From the IMG/VR virus record IMGVR_UViG_3300037124_000040, positions 1 to 39,763 of that record: a DNA stretch of 39,763 nt; one strand, 5' to 3'. This stretch comes from a virus. Taxonomy: Duplodnaviria > Caudoviricetes. The position numbers and the translations under genes were made by a program. The notes beneath the pieces are model-generated. The model did no database searches and was not told the DNA's origin. It saw only the letters and a program-made list of their open reading frames with translations. Positions 1 to 7,769 of this stretch are shown piece after piece (within the stretch, counting starts at the first letter, position 1; each line of letters starts with the position of its first letter).

Positions 1-157
1 TGTCGCCCCGGGGGGCCTAAACCGATGTTTTTTAAGGCTTTTCTAGGTGTAAAATATACACTAAGAAGCCTATTTTTGGTCGTTTTGAGGCCTCTAGACT
101 GGGGGAAAAGTCTCCAGTTGTGCCAAATTGGCACAAGGGTGTGACAGAATGGCACAA

Positions 158-442
158 CTAGTCACTGCTCTCCTCTGCAGGCAACCCATCACAAGGCATA
201 ATGTTTTTTTGTTTGTCTTTAGACGATACGGGGTTCCATGAGTCCGTATCGTGGCGTTGGTAGAGCTTTTCACAGCTCTGACATTTGTAATACTCCGTCC
301 TATATCCGTCTCCACAAACCCCGCCATCTGTAGTCTTCCCCTGTGCTATTCGCGTCAATGGACTGCCACAACTCATACAAATTAATCCAGTCTGAAAATT
401 GTACTTTAAATAATATTCATCACGGGAGTTTACCTTCGTCAC
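158..442 (-). CDS. Small zinc-ribbon protein
   Basis: CMSC...CQSC motifs; GTG start at 442 behind AGGAGG (ORF track starts at 469). Confidence 0.65.
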   Translation of the reverse strand: MTKVNSRDEYYLKYNFQTGLICMSCGSPLTRIAQGKTTDGGVCGDGYRTEYYKCQSCEKLYQRHDTDSWNPVSSKDKQKNIMPCDGLPAEESSD

Positions 443-446
443 TTCT

Positions 447-701
447 TCACCTCCTGATGCGTGCTTCAAATCGATGTGATGTCAGCTTGCGACAAAAGGC
501 AGAGATCTCGGCCAGACAATCTTGAGAAAATACAGCATCTGACTCGGCGTTCATCACATACTGCCGCCATGGCGGGTACCACTCCACGTATGCGATGTAT
601 CGTCCTCTGGTGTCCTTGATCGCCCATGGTTCGCGAACGCCATTTGATATCGGCTCGGCGGTCATGTACTTGCCAAGGCGTACGTTCTCTTCTGTGCTCA
701 T
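447..701 (-). CDS. Hypothetical phage protein
   Basis: MSTEENVRL..., ATG at 701 overlaps upstream stop (ATGA), SD GAGGAG. Confidence 0.7.
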   Translation of the reverse strand: MSTEENVRLGKYMTAEPISNGVREPWAIKDTRGRYIAYVEWYPPWRQYVMNAESDAVFSQDCLAEISAFCRKLTSHRFEARIRR

Positions 702-1030
702 TTCTTCATCTCCTCTGCAGGCTCCTCTTCCTCTTCCTCTGCTGCTGCCAAATCCCTGAGAATAACCTCTGCAAAACCCTTGTGTATTTTGCTGATATTG
801 AGCATGAATTGTCTGCATTGGCTCAATTCTTCCGGTGTCCTCTCGCCACCCTGCCGAGCTCGCAGCTCGGAGTTAATGGTGAATGCGCTCAATATCAGCT
901 GGATAATCACCAACTCACCGGAAACAAAGCGATCGCCGAGCCGTTCAATAGCTTTCGCAATGTCGTTGATCTCTTCGTTAATGCGCATCAACTTGCGCTC
1001 ATGATCCTTAAGTACTGGTCGATTTGTCAT
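698..1030 (-). CDS. Hypothetical helical protein, paralog of 1027..1353
   Basis: MTNRPVLKDHERKLMRI...EEMKK aligns end to end with neighbour; ATG at 1030 with SD. Confidence 0.8.
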   Translation of the reverse strand: MTNRPVLKDHERKLMRINEEINDIAKAIERLGDRFVSGELVIIQLILSAFTINSELRARQGGERTPEELSQCRQFMLNISKIHKGFAEVILRDLAAAEEEEEEPAEEMKK

Positions 1031-1353
1031 TTCTTCATCTCCTCTCCCTCGCCTTCTTCCATTCCTCGCTCGAGCACCCCAAGGATGATCTCTGTAGTCC
1101 ATGATGCGGACTCGGCAAGGTAGCGCAGGTGCTGGTTAAACTGGACCCATTCCTTCGGCGTTCTCTCGCCGTCCTTTCTGGCTCTGAGGGCCGGATTGAT
1201 GGCAAATGCTCTTGCTGCCCTCTCGAGCTTCATCAACTCGCCAGCTGCCATATTGTCACCGATATGTTCAATGGCCATTGCAATCTCATGCAGCTCACGG
1301 CTGATGCGCATCAGTTTGTGCTCATGATCTTTAAGTTTCAGCCGATTCGTCAT
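1027..1353 (-). CDS. Hypothetical helical protein, paralog of 698..1030
   Basis: MTNRLKLKDHEHKLMRI...EEMKK; SD GGAGG. Confidence 0.8.
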   Translation of the reverse strand: MTNRLKLKDHEHKLMRISRELHEIAMAIEHIGDNMAAGELMKLERAARAFAINPALRARKDGERTPKEWVQFNQHLRYLAESASWTTEIILGVLERGMEEGEGEEMKK

Positions 1354-1357
1354 TTCA

Positions 1358-1714
1358 TCACCTCCTCTCCCTCGCCTTCTTTACAATCTCAAAAATAGTC
1401 TCGACCTCCTCCGGAGTGGCCTTTTCCCACTCATGAAAGTCCTGTATTTCTGAGACCATGTCGTCCGTCTTGATGGTCAGGATTCGCTCTGGTGTGGCCT
1501 CTAAGAGCCTCATCCTTGCTCCGCCGAACCCCACACCTTTGATCTGGAATCCTGTGTCCCTGTGAAATTTCATCCCATTTGCAACGATGGTATCCTCTGT
1601 CACCGCCTCAACTGTTGCCAACTTCCATGTCCATAAAGCAATGATCACCTTGTCTCCCACTTTGAGGTCAGAGACCCACCTAGATTCCCTTTTGTCACTC
1701 CAGCTCTTCTGCAT
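1358..1714 (-). CDS. Hypothetical protein, SH3/KOW-like beta-barrel
   Basis: LKVGDKVII...ATVEAVTEDTIVANGMKFHRDTG pattern; likely start ATG 1714 overlapping upstream gene. Confidence 0.65.
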   Translation of the reverse strand: MQKSWSDKRESRWVSDLKVGDKVIIALWTWKLATVEAVTEDTIVANGMKFHRDTGFQIKGVGFGGARMRLLEATPERILTIKTDDMVSEIQDFHEWEKATPEEVETIFEIVKKARERR

Positions 1715-1988
1715 TTTCTTCCTCGCGCATGGATTTCGCCCTAATCCAGGCTTTGTATCCAGCTGTAACGATGCTATAAATGGCATTAAATTCCTCGGCA
1801 TCATCGGTGTAATAATCGAGACCTACGGATGACGCAATTCTCCTGATTAACTCATCATCGTCTTCCTCGACCATCGTATACTCCAGATCTGGCAGCAACC
1901 GAAATCCATGCGTTTGATACCATTCCTCAGCAATCCTTTCTCCTGCGCGCCATAGGGCATCTTTTTGCTCTGGTGTAATTTTCTTCAT
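1695..1988 (-). CDS. Hypothetical acidic protein
   Basis: ATGA overlap with upstream ORF, packed operon. Confidence 0.7.
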   Translation of the reverse strand: MKKITPEQKDALWRAGERIAEEWYQTHGFRLLPDLEYTMVEEDDDELIRRIASSVGLDYYTDDAEEFNAIYSIVTAGYKAWIRAKSMREEENAEELE

Positions 1989-2389
1989 TCTCTATCACTC
2001 CGGATTTTCTCGTAGTACTGGTTGAAGCTCTCGCAAATGGATGGCGCAACCTCTCTCCAAGAAGCTAAGGGAACCCTGCTCGCACGCACTAAGCCTCCGC
2101 AACCATCTGTGACGCGGAAAGCTACCTCCTTTGTGTCGACTCGATCTATATGGATCTCCCGCGTCCCCTCTGTGTTCCACAAGACATCGCCTTCTTTTGG
2201 ATTATTCCGCGGATCGCGTACACAGAGTGGTACTTCGTCAGCCGTCACAGTCAGCCCCTTCAGTTCCTTCACCTCCTTCTCGATACTGTTGAGCAGGAAC
2301 GCAAGGTCTTGAGCATGCTTTGCCATGCTTTTTGAGTGCTTGTTTATCGCTTCAATAAACATTTTCATGCTTTCTAGTATTTCATCCAT
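1985..2389 (-). CDS. Hypothetical protein (N-terminal coiled coil)
   Basis: SD AGGAGA, overlaps both neighbours. Confidence 0.7.
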   Translation of the reverse strand: MDEILESMKMFIEAINKHSKSMAKHAQDLAFLLNSIEKEVKELKGLTVTADEVPLCVRDPRNNPKEGDVLWNTEGTREIHIDRVDTKEVAFRVTDGCGGLVRASRVPLASWREVAPSICESFNQYYEKIRSDRE

Positions 2390-2747
2390 TGCACTCTCCT
2401 ATGGCCTGTAAAATTCTTCCCATGTCGTCTGGAGACAGGCTATCCCACACGACAGCAAGGCGTTTCGCTAATCTCATGTGCTTCTTTGTCACCCCCAGCC
2501 TCAGTACCTTGCCCCGCGGGGTGTCGCGGATCGAGCAATCTTGCAGGAGTTTATCGCGTTGCGCGTTTGTTCCGCCGATCACCGTAAGCGCGCGCATCAT
2601 TGTCGTTCTAGAAAATGGCGCGTAATTTCCTTGCTCAACCTGGCATAGATAGGCTGGGCTGACACCCATAGCCTCAGCAGCCTTGCGGAGGCTCGGTGAG
2701 GTCTCCATCCTCAATTTCCGCAAAAGTATACCAAAATCACGATTCAT
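2382..2747 (-). CDS. XRE/Cro-family HTH transcriptional regulator
   Basis: FGILLRKLR...SLRKAAEAMGVSPAYLCQVEQG HTH_3 signature; ATG 2747 with SD AAGGAG. Confidence 0.9.
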   Translation of the reverse strand: MNRDFGILLRKLRMETSPSLRKAAEAMGVSPAYLCQVEQGNYAPFSRTTMMRALTVIGGTNAQRDKLLQDCSIRDTPRGKVLRLGVTKKHMRLAKRLAVVWDSLSPDDMGRILQAIGECNG

Positions 2748-2771
2748 GTGTTTTTTCTCCTTTTCCACTGT

Positions 2772-2820
2772 GTTGTAGTTGTATTTACTGTTTTGTCAAT
2801 GCTGTATTTTTTTATTGACA
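2772..2820. promoter_or_regulatory. Divergent promoter/operator region between XRE gene and PRP array
   Basis: Minus TTGACA(2799-2794)-N16-TACAAC; plus TTGACA 2815-2820 with a weak -10; inverted repeat TGTCAAT-N13-ATTGACA. Confidence 0.65.
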
Positions 2821-2858
2821 TATTTACATTTTTGATTCATTACATGGTAAGAGGAAAA

Positions 2859-3485
2859 ATGATAAAACAAAAAGAACTAAATGAAATCCTGAGGTTGCAT
2901 CAATTATATCTCGCCGGTGATTCCAGTGGTCAGCGGGCTGACCTCCGCTGTGTAAATCTCATCGGAGCAGACCTCAGCCGTACAAACCTGAGAGATTCAA
3001 ACCTTGGTTGTGCAAGTCTCAGCAACGCGAATCTCAGTGAGGCGGATCTCAGCTGGTCAAACCTTATCGGTGCAACCCTCATCGGTGCAACCCTCAGCGG
3101 GGCAGATCTGGGATGTTCAAACCTCAGCCATGCAAATCTCAGTGGGGCAAACCTCAGCGGAGCAAATCTCATCGGGACAATCACTCGCTGGACAAATCTC
3201 ACCAGAGCCGACCTCAGCGGAGCAAACCTCATCGGTGCAAGCCTTCGCTTTACAAATCTCAGTGGCGCAAAATTGCCGCAAGGCTGTAAATATCATGTCG
3301 ACTTGCCAAAACACGACATCCTCATCATCCACGATGTTGCACACATTGGTTGTCGTTCGATGCCGCTAACGGAGTGGCTCAAGCACGGCCCAGAGATTGG
3401 CAGGCCACGAGGCTACACAGAGGATCAAATCGATCTCTACATGGAGATCCTGAGGAGTGAGCATGAATCAAGAAGAACTGAATGA
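2859..3485 (+). CDS. Pentapeptide repeat protein PRP1 (~22 repeats) with conserved N-cap and C-terminal domain
   Basis: A(D/N)Lxx repeats; N-cap KELNEILRLH; C-domain LPKHDILIIHDVAHIGC...YMEILR; ATG 2859 with SD GAGG. Confidence 0.93.
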   Translation: MIKQKELNEILRLHQLYLAGDSSGQRADLRCVNLIGADLSRTNLRDSNLGCASLSNANLSEADLSWSNLIGATLIGATLSGADLGCSNLSHANLSGANLSGANLIGTITRWTNLTRADLSGANLIGASLRFTNLSGAKLPQGCKYHVDLPKHDILIIHDVAHIGCRSMPLTEWLKHGPEIGRPRGYTEDQIDLYMEILRSEHESRRTE

Positions 3486-4221
3486 AATCCTGAGGCTACA
3501 CTTGATGTGGCTTTGCGATCTACGGGGAGGTCGACGGGCAGACCTTAGCGGGGCAGCCCTCAGCGAAGTCGATCTAAGCGGAGCAAACCTAACAGGATCA
3601 TATCTTATTGAGACAGACCTCAGCTATGCAGATCTCCGCGGAGTAGATCTTCACGGGGCAGACCTTAGCGGATCCGACCTTAAAGGGGCAAACTTCCGCG
3701 AAGCATGCCTCGATACTGCAGACCTTACCGGTGCAGACCTTATTGGTGCAAATCTCAGCGGGGCAAACCTTGCCAAAGCAGATTTCTACAAGGCAGATCT
3801 TACAAGGGCAGACCTCAGCGGGGCGAACCTCAAAGAGACAAGCCTCAAAGGAGCGATCCTCCACTGGGCCAATCTCCGCGGGGCAGACCTCACCGGAGCA
3901 AATCTCTGCGATGCAAACCTCGATACTGCAGACTTCAGAGAGACAATCCTTACCGGTGGAAATCTACATGGTGCAGATCTCCACAATACAGACCTCAAAG
4001 ACGCAAAATTACCACAGGGCTGTAAATATTATGCCGACCTGCCAAAACACGACATCATTATCGTCCATGATGTTGCGCACATCGGATGCCATTCGCGGCA
4101 GCTAACGGATTGGCTCGATCGCGGACAGTGGATTGGGACAATTAATGGCTACACTGAAGATGAGATCAAGGTCTACATGGAGATCCTAAGGAGGGAGTAT
4201 GAATCAAGAAGAACTGAATGA
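3463..4221 (+). CDS. Pentapeptide repeat protein PRP2 (~31 repeats)
   Basis: Same architecture; 23-nt overlap with PRP1. Confidence 0.93.
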   Translation: MNQEELNEILRLHLMWLCDLRGGRRADLSGAALSEVDLSGANLTGSYLIETDLSYADLRGVDLHGADLSGSDLKGANFREACLDTADLTGADLIGANLSGANLAKADFYKADLTRADLSGANLKETSLKGAILHWANLRGADLTGANLCDANLDTADFRETILTGGNLHGADLHNTDLKDAKLPQGCKYYADLPKHDIIIVHDVAHIGCHSRQLTDWLDRGQWIGTINGYTEDEIKVYMEILRREYESRRTE

Positions 4222-4783
4222 AGTCCTGAGGCTACACCTGATGTGGCTCGATAGCGAGCCCGAAGGTAGACGGGCATATTTTTACAGGGCAGATCTTCGA
4301 GGAGCAGACCTCGGCGGAGCAAATCTTACCAAGGCAGACCTCAGCGGAGCAGATCTCCGCGGAGCAAACTTTGGCAGGGCAAAACTTATCTGGGCAGTTC
4401 TCTCCGGTGCAGACCTTAGCGGCGCATGCCTCTACAAGGCAAACCTCGGCGGAGCAGATCTTCGCAATGCAGATCTTCGAGGAGCAAATCTAAGCGGAGC
4501 ATATCTTTACGGAGCAGATCTTCGAGGAGCAGACCTAAGCGGAGCAGACCTCGCCGGAATAGACCTTCACGAAGCGAAGCTCCCAAAGAATATGAGGTAT
4601 TACACTGACTTGCCGGAGCATTTGATCACGATTATTGATGACGTTGCTTCCATCGGCTGTTATCAGATGCCGCTCTCTGAGTGGCTAGAGAGAGGTGTAG
4701 TCATTGGGAGGGCTCATTTTTACACTGATGAGGAGATTGGCCTCTACATGGAGATCTTAAGGAAAGAGCATGAAATTCGATAA
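4199..4783 (+). CDS. Pentapeptide repeat protein PRP3 (~20 repeats)
   Basis: Same architecture; 23-nt overlap with PRP2. Confidence 0.93.
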   Translation: MNQEELNEVLRLHLMWLDSEPEGRRAYFYRADLRGADLGGANLTKADLSGADLRGANFGRAKLIWAVLSGADLSGACLYKANLGGADLRNADLRGANLSGAYLYGADLRGADLSGADLAGIDLHEAKLPKNMRYYTDLPEHLITIIDDVASIGCYQMPLSEWLERGVVIGRAHFYTDEEIGLYMEILRKEHEIR

Positions 4784-5144
4784 AAACTCCCTAGACTCAC
4801 TCCGTCCAGTCTGCTCGAGCGAGGAGTACCAGTCAGAGGATCCTCCTCTAAATCCGTGGGTGGAAAATCGACGCCACCGCAATCGTCTCTCTCGGGCTCG
4901 CTATCGAGCTCGATCAAAGATCGAAAGGCAGCGCGCAATACGCGCTAGACGAGCTGTGCGGAAGGCTGTGGAGCGCGGAGACATCCAGAAGCGTGAGTGT
5001 CAGATTCGTGGGCCTGGATGCCTACGATGGCCTACTGAGGCACACCACGAGTCCTACGAGCCCGACAAGTGGCTAGAGGTAGTATGGGTGTGCAAAAAAT
5101 GTCATGCACCAATGACATCACGACAGAGATGGGAGAGGGTATAA
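4770..5144 (+). CDS. Basic HNH-like/zinc-binding protein
   Basis: Arg-rich helix then CQIRGPGC...EAHHESY...LEVVWVCKKCH, a phage HNH-like motif; overlaps both neighbours. Confidence 0.7.
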   Translation: MKFDKNSLDSLRPVCSSEEYQSEDPPLNPWVENRRHRNRLSRARYRARSKIERQRAIRARRAVRKAVERGDIQKRECQIRGPGCLRWPTEAHHESYEPDKWLEVVWVCKKCHAPMTSRQRWERV

Positions 5145-5767
5145 TGGACACAGAAAAACTAAATGAAATCCTGAGATTGCATCAGATGTGGCTCAATGCC
5201 GAGCCTGGAGGCAGACGGGCAAATCTCTATGGCGCAGATCTTCAAGGAACAGACCTTCGAGGAGCAGACCTCAGCTTAGCAGACCTCCGCAGAGCAAATC
5301 TCAGCTTGGCAGATCTTAGCGGAACAGGCCTCACCAGAACAGGCCTCACCAGAGCAGACCTCACCAGAGCAGACCTCAGTGGGGCAAATCTCAAAGGAGC
5401 ATATCTCATCGTAGCAAATCTTTCCGGAGCAAGCCTTTACGTAGCAAATCTTACCGGAGCAGACCTCTTCAATGCAAATCTCACCAGAGCAGACCTCTTC
5501 AATGCAAATCTCGAAGATGTAGATCTCCACAATACAGACCTCAAAGACGCAAAATTACCACAGGGCTGTAAATATTATGCCGACCTGCCAGAACACAACA
5601 TCATCATCATCCACGATGTTGCGCACATCGGGTGCCATTCACTGCCGATAGCAGAATGGCTCGAACGCGGTCCGGAGATCGGAGAGAAGAGTGGCTATAC
5701 TCCAGATCAAATCGATGTCTACATGGAGATCCTAAGGAGAGAGCATGAAGCGAAAAGAACTGAATAA
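5144..5767 (+). CDS. Pentapeptide repeat protein PRP4 (~22 repeats)
   Basis: MDTEKLNEILRLH start at TAATG overlap; same C-domain. Confidence 0.93.
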   Translation: MDTEKLNEILRLHQMWLNAEPGGRRANLYGADLQGTDLRGADLSLADLRRANLSLADLSGTGLTRTGLTRADLTRADLSGANLKGAYLIVANLSGASLYVANLTGADLFNANLTRADLFNANLEDVDLHNTDLKDAKLPQGCKYYADLPEHNIIIIHDVAHIGCHSLPIAEWLERGPEIGEKSGYTPDQIDVYMEILRREHEAKRTE

Positions 5768-6308
5768 GATCCTGGAGTTGCACCAATTATATCTCGCCGG
5801 CGATCCCAGTGGTCAGCGGGCTGACCTAGAAGAGGCAACCCTCGTCGAGGTAAACCTTGTCAAGGCAAATCTTTCTTGGGCAGACCTCGCAGGAGCAGAC
5901 CTCACAGGAGCAAATCTCAGCGAGGCAGACCTCAAAGGAACAGTCCTCACAGGAACAGATCTCTGGAATGTAAATTTCACCAAAGCAAACCTCACCAAAG
6001 CAAATCTCGCGGGGGCAGATCTACGTATGTCAAACCTCACCGGAGCAAACCTCACAGGAGCAGACCTTTCCGATACAGACCTCGATGGGGCAAAATTGCC
6101 GAAGGGCTGTAAATATTATAATACCCTGCCACGACATAACATCGCCGTGATTTACAATGTTGCCTACATTGGATGCCGTTCGTTGTCATTGACGGATTGG
6201 CTCGTGTACGGTCCAGAGATTGGGAGTGAGGAGAACTATGCCGATGAGCAAATTGACCTCTACATGGAGATCCTAAGGAGGGAGCATGAACGCGAAAGAA
6301 CTAAATGA
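5745..6308 (+). CDS. Pentapeptide repeat protein PRP5 (~18 repeats)
   Basis: Same architecture; 23-nt overlap. Confidence 0.93.
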   Translation: MKRKELNKILELHQLYLAGDPSGQRADLEEATLVEVNLVKANLSWADLAGADLTGANLSEADLKGTVLTGTDLWNVNFTKANLTKANLAGADLRMSNLTGANLTGADLSDTDLDGAKLPKGCKYYNTLPRHNIAVIYNVAYIGCRSLSLTDWLVYGPEIGSEENYADEQIDLYMEILRREHERERTK

Positions 6309-6789
6309 AATCCTAAGTTTGCATCAGCTATGGCTCAATGCCGAGCCTGGAGGCAGACGGGCAAATCTCTATGGAAAAAATCTCAGCCAGGCAGACCTCA
6401 GCGGGGTAAACCTTCAAAGTGCAAACCTTAACGGGGCAACTTTCATCGGGGCAAATCTTAGAGGGGCAGACCTCCGCGGGGCAAACCTTATCGCAGCAGA
6501 CCTTCGTTGGGCAAATCTCAGTGGGGCACGCCTTCGGTGGGCAAATCTCTTTCGCGTGCGCCTTTATGGTGCAAAATTGCCGCAGGGCTGCAGATATTAT
6601 GACGACACACCAAAGCATGACATCATAATTATCCACGATGTTGCGCACATCGGGTGCCATTCACTGCCGATAGCAGAATGGCTCGAACGCGGTCCGGAGA
6701 TCGGAGAGAAGAGTGGCTATACTCCAGATCAAATCGACTTCTGTATGGAAATCCTAAGGAAAGAGCATGAACGCGAAAGAACTAAATGA
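6286..6789 (+). CDS. Pentapeptide repeat protein PRP6 (~14 repeats)
   Basis: Same architecture; 23-nt overlap. Confidence 0.93.
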   Translation: MNAKELNEILSLHQLWLNAEPGGRRANLYGKNLSQADLSGVNLQSANLNGATFIGANLRGADLRGANLIAADLRWANLSGARLRWANLFRVRLYGAKLPQGCRYYDDTPKHDIIIIHDVAHIGCHSLPIAEWLERGPEIGEKSGYTPDQIDFCMEILRKEHERERTK

Positions 6790-7267
6790 AATTCTAAGAC
6801 TACATTGGCTGTGGCTCAACAATGAACCCGGAGGTCGACAGGCATCTCTCCACAAAGCAAACCTCCGCTATGCAAATCTCAGCTATACAGATCTCAGGAA
6901 AGCAGCCCTCTCCGACTCAGATCTTATCGGAGCATATCTCGTCGGAGCAGACCTCAGCTATTCCGACCTCAGCGGAGCAGACCTTAGAGGAGTAGACCTC
7001 AGTGATACATATCTCCGTGGGGCGGATCTCCGAGTGGCAAAACTCCATAACGCAGAATTGCCATATGGATGTAAATATTATTGGGATCTGCCAAAACATG
7101 AAATCACCATTATCCACGATGTCGCACACATTGGTTGTCGTTCGATGCCACTAGAGGAATGGTGCAAACGCGGTCCGGAGATCGGAGAGAAGAGTGGCTA
7201 TACTCCAGATCAAATCGATGTCTACATGGAGATCTTGAAAAAACATGAACGCGAAAGAACTGAATAA
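6767..7267 (+). CDS. Pentapeptide repeat protein PRP7 (~14 repeats)
   Basis: Same architecture; 23-nt overlap. Confidence 0.93.
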   Translation: MNAKELNEILRLHWLWLNNEPGGRQASLHKANLRYANLSYTDLRKAALSDSDLIGAYLVGADLSYSDLSGADLRGVDLSDTYLRGADLRVAKLHNAELPYGCKYYWDLPKHEITIIHDVAHIGCRSMPLEEWCKRGPEIGEKSGYTPDQIDVYMEILKKHERERTE

Positions 7268-7769
7268 AATCCTAGAGTTGCACATGATGTGGCTCAACGG
7301 TGACCCAAAAGGTCGACGGGCATATTTTTACAGGGCAGATCTTCGAGGAGCAGACCTCCACGGAGTAGTCCTTAGGTTAGCATTTGTCCGTGAAGCCGAC
7401 CTCACCGGAGCAGACCTCAGCTATACAGATCTTCGAGGAGCAAATCTAAGCGGAGCAGATCTTCGTGGAGCAAACATCTGCGGCGCGAAAGTCTTCGGTG
7501 TGCGCCTTCATGGCACAAAATTGCCACAAAAATGCAAATATTACTGTAATCTCCCACGACACAATATCGTCATCATCCACGATATTATACACATCGGGTG
7601 CTTTTCGATGCAGCTGTCTGAGTGGCTATTGCGCGGCCGAGACATCGGAAAAGCAAGGGGCTATACTCCAGAGCAAATCGATCTCTACATGGAGATCTTG
7701 AAAAAACATGAGGTAAAAAATGAAATGGCCAAAACGGTTAAACCAGTACGTCTGGATGCCAGACAGTAG
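7245..7769 (+). CDS. Pentapeptide repeat protein PRP8 (~13 repeats)
   Basis: Same architecture; 23-nt overlap; C-terminus runs 50 nt into the amidase gene. Confidence 0.92.
   Translation: MNAKELNKILELHMMWLNGDPKGRRAYFYRADLRGADLHGVVLRLAFVREADLTGADLSYTDLRGANLSGADLRGANICGAKVFGVRLHGTKLPQKCKYYCNLPRHNIVIIHDIIHIGCFSMQLSEWLLRGRDIGKARGYTPEQIDLYMEILKKHEVKNEMAKTVKPVRLDARQ

Noticed and set aside
2859-3485. Calling the PRPs qnr/mfpA resistance genes
   Set aside because: Only the generic repeat is shared; caps differ and orthology cannot be shown from sequence alone
2930-7129. Antisense and alternative-frame ORFs with RSAP/RFAP or EVC/EIC repeats, also over 32450-33511 and 36509-37335
   Set aside because: By-products of the 15-nt pentapeptide codon periodicity
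2859-7769. CRISPR-like or diversity-generating retroelement explanation of the repeats
   Set aside because: Repeats are in-frame coding; no unique spacers, no cas genes, no reverse transcriptase, no adenine-specific TR/VR pair
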